64,000 nt of DNA from Vicinamibacteria bacterium (GCA_963422395.1 OY729431.1:2144001-2208000), one strand, 5' to 3'. Counted from the first letter of the stretch, positions 8,825 to 21,934 are shown. Translations and numbers: made by a program. The notes: generated by a model not told the origin, from the letters alone.

Positions 8825-10299
8825 TCACCGCGGCCCGTGCCGCCGGCGGCGGTCTCCACGAGCCGGGCGCCCTTCGGGTCCGGGGCAGTGAGCAGGCTCA
8901 CCACGATCGCCGCCGCGAAGCCGGCGGCGAAGCCAGGCACCATCTCGAAGAGGTCGAAGAAGTCCGCCTTGAACTGCAGGAACCAGATCACCGAAGTCCC
9001 GAATCCGGCCGCCATGCCGGCGACTGCTCCGGCGAGCGTCATCCGCCGCCAGCAGATTCCGAGGATCACCACCGGAGCGAAAGCGCAGCCGAGGCCCGAC
9101 CAGGAGAACAGCACGAAGAAGAAGATGACCCGCACTTCGGGGAGCGCCACCGCGAGACCGATCAGGCCCAGCAGCACGGTGGTCACCTTGCCGATGCGGG
9201 TGAGACCGAGACCGTCCCGGCCCACTCCGAAGACGCGCTGCAAGAGATCCCGCACCACGCTCGAGGAGGCGAGCAACAGCACCGAGTCGGCAGTGGACAT
9301 GATCGCCGCGAGGACTGCCACCAGCAGGAGGCCGGTGATGACGGGCGGCATGAGCTCCCCGGCGAGCAGCGGGAAGATGCCTTCCGGGTCGGCGATCCGG
9401 GGGTGGAGAGCCCGTCCCGCCATCCCGGTGAGAACCGCGCCGATGTCGAAGACCGCGATGGCGATCACCGCCATGACTCCACCCTTTTCGAGCGCCCGGC
9501 GGTCCTTGGCGGCCATGAAGCGCACGAGGAGCTGCGGCGCGCCGAGGAAGGCCAACCCGACGCCCAGATGGCTCAGGACGGTGGCGATCCCCTGCCCGCT
9601 GATCCCGTCGGCCCCCATCGGCAACAGCATCGCCGGCTCGATCTCGGCGAGGCGCGCCGCCACTTCGGAGAGGCCGCCCGCCTCCCGCACCGCTGCCCAG
9701 GGAAGCACGATCACCGCGAGCAGCATCAGGCTCGCCTGGAGCAGATCGCTCCACGCCACCGCCCGCAAGCCGCCGAGGCTGGTGTAGAAGAGGATCACCG
9801 CTGCGCCGAGGGTCACCCCGGCTTCATAAGAGATCCCCACGAAGGACTCGAAGGCCTTGCCGGTGCCGGTGAGCTGGGCGGCCATGTAGGAACCGGCCAT
9901 CGCCACGATCACCGCGGAACCGAGGATGCGGAGGATCTGCCGCCGGTCGGAGAAGCGCTCCTCCAGCCAGTCGGCCACCGTGATCGCCTCGAAACGGTCG
10001 GCGAGTCTGCGAAAGCGCGGGGCGACGAAGGTCCAGGCGATCGCTGCCGCCAAGACCTCCCCGAACACGATCCAGAGTGCGTTCGCTCCCAGCAGATACC
10101 CCATGCCGGTGAGCCCGAGCAGCAGCCAGGCACTCTCGCCGGTGCTGGCGGCGGAGAAGGCGACCACGATCGCCGGAAGCCGGCGGCCGGCGAGGTAGTA
10201 GCCGGCGAGATCGCGCGAACCTCGGGAACTCCAGATCGCGAGGCCGATCAGCAGCGAGAAATACCCCGAAACGATCGCCCAGATCGTCCAGTTCGTCAT
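8821..10299 (-). CDS. putP: Sodium/proline symporter (SSS family)
   Basis: 'YYLAGRRL', 'GESAWLLLG', 'GGLRAVAWSD', 'PQLLVRFMA', 'AAIMSTADS'; about 13 TM segments. Confidence 0.85.
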   Translation of the reverse strand: MTNWTIWAIVSGYFSLLIGLAIWSSRGSRDLAGYYLAGRRLPAIVVAFSAASTGESAWLLLGLTGMGYLLGANALWIVFGEVLAAAIAWTFVAPRFRRLADRFEAITVADWLEERFSDRRQILRILGSAVIVAMAGSYMAAQLTGTGKAFESFVGISYEAGVTLGAAVILFYTSLGGLRAVAWSDLLQASLMLLAVIVLPWAAVREAGGLSEVAARLAEIEPAMLLPMGADGISGQGIATVLSHLGVGLAFLGAPQLLVRFMAAKDRRALEKGGVMAVIAIAVFDIGAVLTGMAGRALHPRIADPEGIFPLLAGELMPPVITGLLLVAVLAAIMSTADSVLLLASSSVVRDLLQRVFGVGRDGLGLTRIGKVTTVLLGLIGLAVALPEVRVIFFFVLFSWSGLGCAFAPVVILGICWRRMTLAGAVAGMAAGFGTSVIWFLQFKADFFDLFEMVPGFAAGFAAAIVVSLLTAPDPKGARLVETAAGGTGRGE

Positions 10300-10320
10300 C
10301 GCCGCAGGAGCACCGCAGTT

Positions 10321-10422
10321 TCAGGAGCGCCGGCTGCGCCAGGCGGCGCGGGCCGCGATCGCCGTGCCGGGAACGACGGACACCACCAGCAGCAGCCAGG
10401 TGGTCCAGGGGAAGCCGCTCAT
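10321..10422 (-). CDS. Small single-TM membrane peptide upstream of the SSS symporter (33 aa)
   Basis: MSGFPWTTWLLLVVSVVPGTAIAARAAWRSRRS; its ATG overlaps the upstream TGA (ATGA coupling). Confidence 0.55.
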   Translation of the reverse strand: MSGFPWTTWLLLVVSVVPGTAIAARAAWRSRRS

Positions 10423-13400
10423 CGGCCCGGTCGGATCGGCCGGTCGTCGGCGCGGAACATCTCTTCGTCCATCCAGGGGTACCCGCCGTAGGGGCGCGCT
10501 CGGGGCCATATCTCGTCGAGGGTCTCCGCATCGTGGATCCGGCCGTCCTTGACGACGAGACGAAGGGAGGTCGTGGCGCGGATGTCTTCCAACGGGTTCT
10601 CGTCGAGCACCAGGATGTCGGCGAGCTTGCCCGATTCGATGGTACCGAGTTCGTGTTCGAGCCCGAGGAACGCCGCTCCCTGCCGCGTGCCGAGGTCGAG
10701 CGCCCCGAGCGGCCCCATCGCCGATTCCGCCATCCACACCTCCCAGTGCGAGCCGATGCCGTGGTGTTGGCCGTGGGAACCGATGGCGCCGGAGCCGCCC
10801 TCGGCCACGATATCGGCCAGCCCCTGGGCGAGCAGGGGGAAGCTGTAATCGGTGAGCGGGCGCAGCGGGCGCCGTCTGGTGTGCGGGACCAGCATCCGCC
10901 AGGGGAGCCAGCGCTGTTGCTTGGGATCGCGCCAGTTCTCGCTCTCCTGCCAGAAGTATTCCTCGTTCCAGGCCGACGGCCCTCCGACGACGAAGGTGAT
11001 CGAATACACGGTCTTCGTCCGCCCGAAGAATTTCGCCGCATCCTCGTAGAGCGGCACATAGGTCAGCGGGTGCTCCCAGCCGGTCTGCCCGTCGAGGATG
11101 AGCCCGATGTTGTACACGAGGCTGCCGCCCTCACCGGTGAGCATGAGTCCCTTCTCGCGGGAGAGCTCGGCGATCCACTGCCGCTGGTCGCGGCGGGGCT
11201 GCATGTAGGACTTGATCGCGGCGGCGCCCCAGGAGGCGAGCCGCTCGATGTCGTTCTCGGCGTCCTCGTAACTTCCGACCTCGTTCTGGCGGGCGCCGTC
11301 GCCGCTGTACATCGGATCGCCGGTGCTGAACATGCGGGGGCCCACCATTTCGCCGGCCTCGACGAGTTCGGCCGCCGAGAAGACATTCTGGGACCACATC
11401 GAGTTGTCGAGCGTGGTGGTGATCCCGTAGGCGAGATACACCGCCGCTTCCCAGTTTCGGCGGGGGAGGACGCCGGTGTGGTCCCGGTGATGGTGGGCAT
11501 GCATGTCGATGAGCCCCGGGATCAGCGTCTTGCCCGAGACATCCACACGCCGGTCGCCGCCTTCCGCGGCGCAGTCGCCGACACAGGCGATCCGGCCGTC
11601 CTCGATCCGGACGCTCCCTTCCTCGATGGTCCCGGCGGCCCCCAGAGTGACGATCCGGCCCCCGACGAGGAGCGCTGAACCCCGGGCCCGCTGCCGAGGC
11701 AGTTCGAGCATCACCTCATGATGGATCGTCGCCCGGTTTTCGGGATCGTAGGTGGTGATCCGCGGACCGCTGCCGAGGAAGAGCTGCCCCTGCGGGGTCC
11801 AGCGCGGGAACATCCCGCCATCGCTGGTGACCTGTCGGATCGGAAGGGAAGGACGCCGGCGTTCGATGTGCGGCGGGGCGGCGCCCGAACCAGGCCAGGG
11901 GAGCGCGGTGAGATACACGTTGTCGCCCTCGGAGAAAGCGACCCAGCGGCCGTCCGGCGAAGGCGCTGCTTCGTCGGCGAAGGGGAAGGTCAGGTGGACC
12001 CGGCGGTCGGATCCATCGGGCTCGACCGAAACCAGCCGGGTCACATCCTGCTGCCGGCCGTCGCGCTCCCAGCGCGACTGCTCCGGGAAGAACAGTCTCC
12101 CGTCGGGGCCGAACGAGGGGGCGACGATCTGGCGCCGCGGCATGAGCGGCCGGCCGGCGTTGAAAGGGCGCAGCGTCCGGGTGATGACGGCAGCCTCGCC
12201 GCCTGCTGCGGGAACCCGCACGAGGTCGTAGCGCAGGTTCTGGGACCAGGAACGCCCGCGGGCGGGAGCACCGACGCCGCGCGCGGCGACGATGCCGCTG
12301 CCGTCCGGGGTCCAGACCGGATGGATGTACTCGGAAGCGGTTTCGCTGAGGCGGGTCGGGACGCCGCCCTCGGCGGCAACTCTCCAGAGATGACCCTCCG
12401 CACCGTCCCAGGTCGCGTAGGCGATGGATGCCCCGTCGGGCGAAAACGCCGGGGAAAGCTCGTAGGCGGGGTCGTCCCCGTCGATCAGACGCTCCGGAGC
12501 CCCCTCCGGGAGCTCCATCCGGTAGAGCCGACCGGCAGCGTGGAACACTGCCGCCGAGCCGTCGGGCGCGACCGCCGGCCAACGGATCATCCGCGCCCGA
12601 AAGCTCTCTCCCGAGATGTCGAGATCGGCGCGCGCCTGAGCGGAGACCCGCCGTCGGACCTCGGCGACGAACGGGATCTCCTCCATCTCCCCGCTCGCCG
12701 CGGAAACCCGCACGATCCGGCCGCCGCGCGAGAGATAGAGCGCGGCGCTGTCCGGCGCCCAGGCGTACCCCGGCAGCGGGCGCTCGGTCTTCATGCCCTC
12801 TGCGAGATCGGTCTCGATGGGGTCGGCCAACAACCGCTCGGCCCCAGTCGTGAGGTCCCGGAGGAAGAGCGCGGTGCGGGGGCCGAAGCGGTGCCCCTTC
12901 CAGGAGATCGTTCCCCCGGGAATCCGGCGGGCGAACGCCAGATACCGCCCGTCCGGAGAGGGCTCGGGAGCGATGGCGCCGCCGCTCGACCCCTGGTACT
13001 GCTGCTGCGACTGCCCGGCGGTGACCTCGTACACCTCTCCGGTAGCGATGTCCAGCTTCCGGATCTGCATCGCCCCCCGCAGCAGGTCGCGCTCCCCGGA
13101 GGGCGCGTAATGGAAATAGAGGCCCCCTCCGGGGGAAGGCGCCGGCCAGTCGGCGCGGGGATAGTCGCTGCCCACCAGCTCGACGCCGCTGCCCCCTTCC
13201 GGATGGAAGAGATAGAGGCCCGCAGTGCGCGGCCGCGAGAGCGTGAACCGGCGGGCCACGATCCCCTGCCCGCCGGGCAGCCACGCCGGCGCCGAGACGC
13301 GGGCGTCCGGGTCCTCGCGCACCGGGCGGGGGTTTCCGCCGTCGGCATCCATCAGCCAGAGATTCGACTGCCCGCCGCGATCGGAGACGAAAGCGATGGT

Positions 13401-13733
13401 GCGTCCATCGGGCGACCAGCGGGGGTGGTAGTTGACCGCCACCCCGCTGTCCTGGGTCAGACATTCGGCGCGGCCGCCGTCCACCGGCAGCCGGTAGATG
13501 TGTCCGAGCAGGTCGAAGACCAGCGCGGCGCCGTCCGGCGAGACATCCAGCGACATCCAGGTGCCTTCCGAAGTCTCGAAGGCGAGGTCGTAGGCGTCGC
13601 CCCGCGCGAGGGTGGGGTCCCACCCCGAGTCGTCGGTTCGGCCGCCGGTCTGGGCGCCGGCCAGGAAAGCGGTCGACGCGAGCGCCGAGAGCGCGGCGAG
13701 ACCGCGCAGGAAGCACGGCACGGGATTCCGCAT
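10419..13733 (-). CDS. Secreted PD40/TolB beta-propeller plus amidohydrolase protein
   Basis: Signal peptide (MRNPVPC...AFLAGAQ), 'EGTWMSLDVSPDG', repeated SPDG motifs, then 'LIPGLIDMHAH' and 'GTIESGKLAD'. Confidence 0.85.
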   Translation of the reverse strand: MRNPVPCFLRGLAALSALASTAFLAGAQTGGRTDDSGWDPTLARGDAYDLAFETSEGTWMSLDVSPDGAALVFDLLGHIYRLPVDGGRAECLTQDSGVAVNYHPRWSPDGRTIAFVSDRGGQSNLWLMDADGGNPRPVREDPDARVSAPAWLPGGQGIVARRFTLSRPRTAGLYLFHPEGGSGVELVGSDYPRADWPAPSPGGGLYFHYAPSGERDLLRGAMQIRKLDIATGEVYEVTAGQSQQQYQGSSGGAIAPEPSPDGRYLAFARRIPGGTISWKGHRFGPRTALFLRDLTTGAERLLADPIETDLAEGMKTERPLPGYAWAPDSAALYLSRGGRIVRVSAASGEMEEIPFVAEVRRRVSAQARADLDISGESFRARMIRWPAVAPDGSAAVFHAAGRLYRMELPEGAPERLIDGDDPAYELSPAFSPDGASIAYATWDGAEGHLWRVAAEGGVPTRLSETASEYIHPVWTPDGSGIVAARGVGAPARGRSWSQNLRYDLVRVPAAGGEAAVITRTLRPFNAGRPLMPRRQIVAPSFGPDGRLFFPEQSRWERDGRQQDVTRLVSVEPDGSDRRVHLTFPFADEAAPSPDGRWVAFSEGDNVYLTALPWPGSGAAPPHIERRRPSLPIRQVTSDGGMFPRWTPQGQLFLGSGPRITTYDPENRATIHHEVMLELPRQRARGSALLVGGRIVTLGAAGTIEEGSVRIEDGRIACVGDCAAEGGDRRVDVSGKTLIPGLIDMHAHHHRDHTGVLPRRNWEAAVYLAYGITTTLDNSMWSQNVFSAAELVEAGEMVGPRMFSTGDPMYSGDGARQNEVGSYEDAENDIERLASWGAAAIKSYMQPRRDQRQWIAELSREKGLMLTGEGGSLVYNIGLILDGQTGWEHPLTYVPLYEDAAKFFGRTKTVYSITFVVGGPSAWNEEYFWQESENWRDPKQQRWLPWRMLVPHTRRRPLRPLTDYSFPLLAQGLADIVAEGGSGAIGSHGQHHGIGSHWEVWMAESAMGPLGALDLGTRQGAAFLGLEHELGTIESGKLADILVLDENPLEDIRATTSLRLVVKDGRIHDAETLDEIWPRARPYGGYPWMDEEMFRADDRPIRPGR

Positions 13734-13772
13734 GGGGTTCCTCCGGGACGGACCGCATAATAAACGGCGCCT

Positions 13773-14843
13773 ATGGCCGGGCTCTCCCCTTCCGCCGGCC
13801 GCGGGGGCGCGCCGCCTTCGAAAAGGGCGGTGCAGCCTCCCGGCTGGGCCGAGGCGGAGGCCGCAGAGCGGCGTCTCCGCCGGGTCTTTCCGCCGAGTCC
13901 GCTGCTTGCGGCGCCCCCCGGGTTCGGTGAGCAGCTGTTTCTCAAGGCGGACACCCTGCTCCCCACCGGGTCCTTCAAGGTCCGCGGCGTCTGGAACGCA
14001 GTCACCGAACTCGACGGTGCGGCACTCGCCCCCGGTCTTTCGACGGTGAGCGCCGGCAACACCGCGCTCGCCCTCGCCTGGGCCGGCCGGCGGCTGGGGG
14101 TGCCGGCGCGCTCGCTGCTGCCCGAGACCGCCCCGGCGGCCAAGGTGGAGGCCTTTCGGGCCGCCGGCGGCGAGCCGCACCTCGTCCCCGTTTCCGAGCT
14201 GTTCCGCTTCCTGAAAGAGCGGCTCTGGGAGCGGGAGCCGTTCGCCTTCGTCCATCCGTGGATCGAACCCGCCGTCCACCGGGGCCACGCGAGTCTCGCG
14301 GTGGAGATTCTCGCCGCCGCGCCCGAAGCCGCATCGGTGTTCCTTCCCGTCGGCGGCGGCGGGCTCCTCACCGGAGTGGCGGGGGCGCTGAAGGACCGCC
14401 GGCCGGGGATTCGGGTGTTCGCGGTGGAACCGGCGGGCTGCGCCGCTCTCCACCAGAGCCTCGCGGCCGGACGCGCGGTCTCCGTTCCCTGCGAGACGGT
14501 GTGCGACGGCGCCGCAGTCCCCTACCTGACCGAGGAGCTCTACCCCGCGCTCTCCCGACTCGTGGATCGAACGATCCTGGTTCCTGACGAGGAAACGCTC
14601 GCCACCGCCCGCGACCTGCTGCTCGTCGGCAACCTCCTCACCGAGCCCTCCGGCGCACTGGCCGCCGCCGCCGCCCGGAGGGTTCCGCTCGCGGAGCGCG
14701 GACCGAGCGTATCGCTGCTCAGCGGGGCCAGCATCGACTCCGCGGGCCTCCGCCGCCTCCTGGACCTCGCCGGCCATCGACGATGCGGCGCCGCGCAGCC
14801 GACCGTAGAATTCGAACCGTGGTTGACGAAGACTCCTTCCTGA
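13773..14843 (+). CDS. PLP-dependent threonine/serine dehydratase family protein
   Basis: 'FLKADTLLPTGSFKVRG' (PLP lysine), 'SAGN', 'PVGGGGLLTG', 'EPSGALA'. Confidence 0.85.
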   Translation: MAGLSPSAGRGGAPPSKRAVQPPGWAEAEAAERRLRRVFPPSPLLAAPPGFGEQLFLKADTLLPTGSFKVRGVWNAVTELDGAALAPGLSTVSAGNTALALAWAGRRLGVPARSLLPETAPAAKVEAFRAAGGEPHLVPVSELFRFLKERLWEREPFAFVHPWIEPAVHRGHASLAVEILAAAPEAASVFLPVGGGGLLTGVAGALKDRRPGIRVFAVEPAGCAALHQSLAAGRAVSVPCETVCDGAAVPYLTEELYPALSRLVDRTILVPDEETLATARDLLLVGNLLTEPSGALAAAAARRVPLAERGPSVSLLSGASIDSAGLRRLLDLAGHRRCGAAQPTVEFEPWLTKTPS

Positions 14844-14877
14844 CGGCCTCGATTCGACGAATCCCGCGGGACGGATC

Positions 14878-15714
14878 GTGAGTTTCTGGGGCACGCTGAT
14901 CGGCGGAACGCTCGGGTGGACTCTCGGGGGGCCGCTGGGCGCCCTGCTCGGGGCGGCGGTCGGCGCCAACATCGAGGGCCGCGCCCGGCACGAAAGGGAG
15001 TTCCGTTCGCCGCCGGGAGCCCCGCCGCCCCCTTCCGGGGCCCCGCCGCCGCCTCCGACTCGAGGGGACTTCGCCGAAGAGCGCCGGATCGCATTCTTCG
15101 TGGCCACCTTCGGGGTCATGGGCCATATCGCGAAGGCCGACGGGCAGGTCAGCGAGGAAGAAGCACAGCTAGCGCGCGAGGTCATGGCGGGCCTCGGGCT
15201 CGACGCCGAAGGCCGGAGCCTGGCGGTCCGGCTCTTCAACGAGGGGAAGTCTCCGAACTTCGCGCTCGACGCGGCGCTCGGGCAGCTGGCTCAGGTCGCG
15301 GGACAACGCCGCAACCTGCTGCGTGCCTTCATGGAGATCCAGTTCAAGGCGGCCTGGGCCGACGGCCTCGTCCATCCCGAAGAACGCCGGATCCTGAACC
15401 ACATCGGGGCCTTCCTCGGCTTTTCGCCGCCGGAGTTGGCGCAGATGGAGCGGGTGGCGAGCGCCGGACTCGCCTCGAGGCGGGCGACCCCCGAAGAAAA
15501 GCTCCAGGAGGCCTACGGCGTGCTCGGACTCCGCCGCTCGGCGAGCGATGCGGAGATCCGCTCGACCTACCGCCGGTTGATGCGCCAGCACCACCCGGAC
15601 CGGCTCGCGGCGCAGGGGCTGCCCGAAGAGATGAAGGACGAGGCCACGCGGCGCACCCAGGATATCCAGAAGGCCTACCAGACGGTCCGGGACGCCCGCC
15701 GCGCCGCCGCCTGA
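14878..15714 (+). CDS. djlA: DnaJ-like co-chaperone DjlA
   Basis: N-terminal TM '[10 protein letters not shown]', TerB-like '[12 protein letters not shown]', C-terminal J domain with the HHPD motif. Confidence 0.9.
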   Translation: MSFWGTLIGGTLGWTLGGPLGALLGAAVGANIEGRARHEREFRSPPGAPPPPSGAPPPPPTRGDFAEERRIAFFVATFGVMGHIAKADGQVSEEEAQLAREVMAGLGLDAEGRSLAVRLFNEGKSPNFALDAALGQLAQVAGQRRNLLRAFMEIQFKAAWADGLVHPEERRILNHIGAFLGFSPPELAQMERVASAGLASRRATPEEKLQEAYGVLGLRRSASDAEIRSTYRRLMRQHHPDRLAAQGLPEEMKDEATRRTQDIQKAYQTVRDARRAAA

Positions 15715-15850
15715 CCGACTGCGCCCGACCGGAGACATCGAGCCGCGCGCGGACGAACCCCGAGTGTGGGGCCTCCGCCAGCAGCAGGAGCCGTCTTTCG
15801 GCTTTCCTCCGGGAGGGATCTCCAGGCGGGAACGGCGCCCGGGGGAGCGG

Positions 15851-17896
<2,046 letters not shown>

Positions 17897-18323
17897 GGAT
17901 CACTTCTCCATTTCGTGGTGACCGGCGAAAAGCCGAAACGCGCCCGCCGTCCGGATACGGCAAACTCCGGCCGCGGCGGAGCGTCCCGCGCAAGGCGCGC
18001 CCCACCGGGCGGCAAACCTTCTCGAAGGCCCTTTCGAACGCCCTCTCCTGGAAGACCCCTCGGGGATGCTGTCAGGGAAGAACCTCATGGGCCCACCCGA
18101 AACCGCGGCCTGATACATCGAAATTCTACCAGAGCGCGGCGCTCCCCGGCCTCGGCTGCGGCGATTCCGCTCGGCGGGGCGGAGTGAGGCTTCCGCCTCC
18201 TCGTCGCGGGATATGGAGAACCCCTCCCCGAACCGCATGCCGGCACTCACGGTCTTTCTCCACCGACTGTTACACTCGCCCGCCGGCGCGCGGCCAAACC
18301 TTCCCCTTGCAACCTCCTCGCGG

Positions 18324-19161
18324 TGTCCGGGCAGCTGCTTGGGCTGCCGTCGGGCTGTTCTCGGGTGCTCCCGCAGCTGCCGAGCCCGAAGTCCGGGACC
18401 TCCAGTATCCCGTGGATGTCGCGGTTTCGGAGACCGGCGGGATCTTCGTGGCGGATCTGGAAGCCGCGGCGCTCCTACGCTGGAACGGAAGTGGATTCGA
18501 GGTGGTGGCCCGAGGCGAGGGGCTCCCCCGCACGCCGCTCTACGGGATCCGGCACATCGTCCCCGACAGGGACGGCTCCGTGCTGGCCAGCGATCCCGCG
18601 ACGATGGCGCTGTACCGCATCGCCTCCAGCGGTGAAATCACCCAGATCCCCGATGACGACGGTTTCGTCACTCCCTGGGGCATCGCGATCACTCCGGAAG
18701 GAGAGCTGTTGGCCGTGGACCGGGTCACCCACCGCTTGAGGCGGGTTCGGCCCGATTCGGTGGAAGATGTGGCCATGATTCGCGCGCCGCGCGCGATCCT
18801 CCCCGGCAGCGACGGTTCGCTCCATCTGCTGACCGACCGGAATGTGCTGCGTCTGGAGGGGGGCGAATCCGAACCCTTGGTGACTTCACCTCCGTTCGAA
18901 TTCCCCCACGACTTCGTTCGCGTCCCCGACGGGGACTTCTTCGTGACCGACGGCTACGCGAAATGTGTCTGGCGGGTGACCCCCGAAGGAAGGGTTTCGG
19001 TGCTGGCCCGCGGAGAACCGCTCGTCAGTCCCCAAGGAGTCGCACTGTCGAACGATGGGGACCTGCTCGTCGCAGACGCCCACGCCCGCGCCGTGTTCCG
19101 CATCTCTCTCTCCGGTGGAGTCCGCCGGCTCGGAGAAGGCGACCCGCGCGATTTTCGATGA
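18324..19161 (+). CDS. NHL-repeat beta-propeller protein (start uncertain)
   Basis: Repeats 'YPVDVAV', 'TPWGIAI', 'FPHDFV', 'SPQGVAL'; AxA signal-like region before 'EPEVRDL'. Confidence 0.7.
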
Positions 19162-19176
19162 AAGGAGCCCGCGGAG

Positions 19177-20544
19177 ATGCATGAACGCGGAAGTTGGGGG
19201 TCGCGCCCCGGTTTCATCCTCGCCGCCACCGGGTCGGCCGTAGGCCTCGGCAACATCTGGGGATTTCCGACGCAGGCGGGACAAGGCGGCGGCGCCGCCT
19301 TCGTCCTCGTCTATCTGCTGTGCGTGGCCCTGATCTGCACTCCGATCGTCCTCGCCGAGACGATTCTCGGACGGTACTGCCAGCTCGGTCCGGCTGGAGC
19401 GGTGCGCCGCATCGCGCCGCACGGCTCATGGTGGGTCATCGGAATCCTGGCGGTGGCCGCGGGCACCTTCATCCTGTCCTTCTATGCGGTGATCGCCGGC
19501 TGGACGATCCAGTACCTCTGGCTTTCGGTGACCGGGCGGCTCGCGGGCGACGCCGCCGGAGCGCAGCAGCTGTTCGAGGCAGTGAGCGGCAATGGACTCC
19601 ACAGCGTCCTGTTCACCGGCCTCTTCCTGGGACTCACCGCCGTTTGCGTTTCCCGCGGAGTGAGGCGCGGGATCGAGGCCGCTTCGCGGCTCATGATGCC
19701 GCTCCTGCTGCTCCTGCTCGTCGTGCTCGCCATCCGAGCGGTCACGCTGCCGGGAGCGCTGGAGGGGCTCTCGTATTACTTGCGGCCCGATCTGTCGAAA
19801 GCATTCGATCCGACGATCATCCAGTCGGCGCTCGGACAGGCGTTCTTCTCGCTGAGCCTGGGCATGGGGGCTCTCATCACCTACGGGAGCTATGTGAACC
19901 GGAACCAGTCGGTGACCGGTGCATCGCTCGCGATCGTGGGAATCGATACTTCGATCGCCCTGCTCGCCGGGTTCGTCATCTTTCCCGCAGGCTTCTCGAT
20001 CGCCGGATTCGACCCGGCGGCGAGCGGTCCCGGACTCATCTTCCAGGTTCTGCCCCAACTGTTCGCGACCCTGCCAGGCGGCCTCTTGTTCGGAGCCGCG
20101 TTTTTCCTGCTGTTGTCGCTGGCCGCCTTCACCTCGACGATCTCCCTGCTCGAAGTCCCCACCGCCCACTTCATCGACGAGTGGCGTCTCTCCCGCCGGA
20201 AAGCGGTGGCCGTGATCACCGGGTTCACTTTCGCGGTTTCGATCCCGTCCGCGCTTTCCCACGGCGCTTCGCCCTTCTTCAGCGACCTTCCGCTGCTCGG
20301 CGGAACCTTCTTCGACCTGATGGTCGACCTCTGGAACAACAACGCACTCCCGATCGGGGGGTTCCTGATCAGCCTGTTCGTCGGTTGGAAGTGGGGGACG
20401 AAGCACGCCGCACGAGAGATGCGGCGCGACGGTGCCGGCTTCTCGGGACCGACGATCTGGGGTTTCCTGATCCGCTTCGTTTCTCCGGCAGCGATCCTCG
20501 TCGTCATCATCCAGAACCTGCGCACTCTGCTTTCAGGAGCTTGA
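19177..20544 (+). CDS. Sodium-dependent transporter (NSS/LeuT family)
   Basis: 'GFILAATGSAVGLGNIWGFP...GGGAAF', 'ALGQAFFSLSLGMG', 'TSTISLLE'. Confidence 0.92.
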   Translation: MHERGSWGSRPGFILAATGSAVGLGNIWGFPTQAGQGGGAAFVLVYLLCVALICTPIVLAETILGRYCQLGPAGAVRRIAPHGSWWVIGILAVAAGTFILSFYAVIAGWTIQYLWLSVTGRLAGDAAGAQQLFEAVSGNGLHSVLFTGLFLGLTAVCVSRGVRRGIEAASRLMMPLLLLLLVVLAIRAVTLPGALEGLSYYLRPDLSKAFDPTIIQSALGQAFFSLSLGMGALITYGSYVNRNQSVTGASLAIVGIDTSIALLAGFVIFPAGFSIAGFDPAASGPGLIFQVLPQLFATLPGGLLFGAAFFLLLSLAAFTSTISLLEVPTAHFIDEWRLSRRKAVAVITGFTFAVSIPSALSHGASPFFSDLPLLGGTFFDLMVDLWNNNALPIGGFLISLFVGWKWGTKHAAREMRRDGAGFSGPTIWGFLIRFVSPAAILVVIIQNLRTLLSGA

Positions 20545-20548
20545 GAAC

Positions 20549-21934
20549 ATGACCGAATTCATCGCCTGGGCATCGAACGCCATCTACCAGTGGTACGCGC
20601 TGCCGCTCCTACTCGTCGCCTGCGGGCTGTACCTCACGATCCGGACCGGATTCGTCCAGATCCGCGGCTTCGGCGCCGGGGTCCGGCGAGTCATCTCCGG
20701 GATGTCCCACGACCAGCAGGGAGCCGAAGGAGAGATCACCCCGTTCCAGGCGCTCTCCACCGCCCTGGCTTCCACCGTCGGCAACGGAAACATCGGCGGC
20801 GTCGCTACCGCGATCCTCGTCGGGGGGCCCGGGGCCATCTTCTGGATGTGGGTCACCGCGGTCTTCGGCATGGCGACCAAGTACGCCGAAGCGGTACTCG
20901 GCGTCACCTACCGGGTGCGGAAGGAGTCGGGCGCGTTCGCCAGCGGCCCGATGTATTACATCGTCGCGGGGATCCGCTGGCGGGGAGTGGCGAAAGTGCT
21001 GGCGGTCATGTTCTGCGTCTTCGGCGCCGCGACCGCACTTCTCGGCACCGGAAACATGGCGCAGTCGAACACCATCGTGCGGACTTTCGTGGAGGCCGCT
21101 GCCGGCTTCGGCTGGGAAGTGTCCCCCTGGGTTCCGGGGATCATCATCACCGCGGCGGTGGGCATGGTCCTGCTCGGCGGCATCCACCGAATCGCCTCGG
21201 TGGCAGAGAAGCTCGTCCCCACGATGCTCGTCCTCTATCTGGGCATGTCGCTGACCTACCTGCTCCTCAACTTCGGAGCGCTGCCCGGCGTCTTCGCAGT
21301 GATCTTCGAGCACGCTTTTTCGCCGCAAGCCGCCGCCGGCGGCTTTCTCGGAGCCTCCGTCCGCCAGGCCATCGCCGCCGGAATCAGTCGGGGGGTCCTG
21401 TCGAACGAGGCCGGGCTGGGCAGCGCTCCGATCGCCCACGGAATCGCCCAGGTGAAACACCCGACCGACCAGGGGCTCGTGGGTGTCTTCGAGGTCTTCA
21501 TCGACACCATCGTGGTCTGCAGCATGACCGCTTTCGCCATCCTCTCCTCGGGCCTCTGGACGGCCGCCGAGTATCAGAGTGCGAGCGGCGACCTCACCGC
21601 GGCGGCGTTTTCCACCGCCTTCGGATTCGCTCCGGTGGTGATCGCGATCTGTTCCTTCCTCTTCGGGTTCTCGACGATCATCGGCTGGTACTACTACGGA
21701 GAAACCTGCTGGGAGTACATGTTCGGACAGAAGGGCATCTTTCCCTACCGGGTGCTCTATGTGGCGCTGCTGCTCATCGGCGGCCTGGTGACGGTGGAAA
21801 CCGTGTGGAATGTGGGCACGCTGCTGAACGGCTTCATGGCCTTTCCGAACCTGATCGGGCTCCTCTTCCTCGGGGGCATGGTGGCGAAGAAGACCCGCGA
21901 GTACTACTCGGGAAGGACGGGGGAGACCCGATGA
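20549..21934 (+). CDS. Sodium:alanine/glycine symporter (AGCS family)
   Basis: 'FQALSTALASTVGNGNI', 'GGPGAIFWMW', 'GPMYYI', 'SNEAGLGSAPIAH', 'FIDTIVVCSMT'. Confidence 0.92.
   Translation: MTEFIAWASNAIYQWYALPLLLVACGLYLTIRTGFVQIRGFGAGVRRVISGMSHDQQGAEGEITPFQALSTALASTVGNGNIGGVATAILVGGPGAIFWMWVTAVFGMATKYAEAVLGVTYRVRKESGAFASGPMYYIVAGIRWRGVAKVLAVMFCVFGAATALLGTGNMAQSNTIVRTFVEAAAGFGWEVSPWVPGIIITAAVGMVLLGGIHRIASVAEKLVPTMLVLYLGMSLTYLLLNFGALPGVFAVIFEHAFSPQAAAGGFLGASVRQAIAAGISRGVLSNEAGLGSAPIAHGIAQVKHPTDQGLVGVFEVFIDTIVVCSMTAFAILSSGLWTAAEYQSASGDLTAAAFSTAFGFAPVVIAICSFLFGFSTIIGWYYYGETCWEYMFGQKGIFPYRVLYVALLLIGGLVTVETVWNVGTLLNGFMAFPNLIGLLFLGGMVAKKTREYYSGRTGETR

Noticed and set aside
13734-15239. N-terminal 500 aa of the 1606-aa ORF 10419..15239
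   Set aside because: It is antisense to the dehydratase and djlA genes; the real protein starts at the signal peptide at 13733.
17897-18320. Riboswitch or ncRNA upstream of hppA
   Set aside because: Some GC-rich stems are present, but no recognisable conserved motif.
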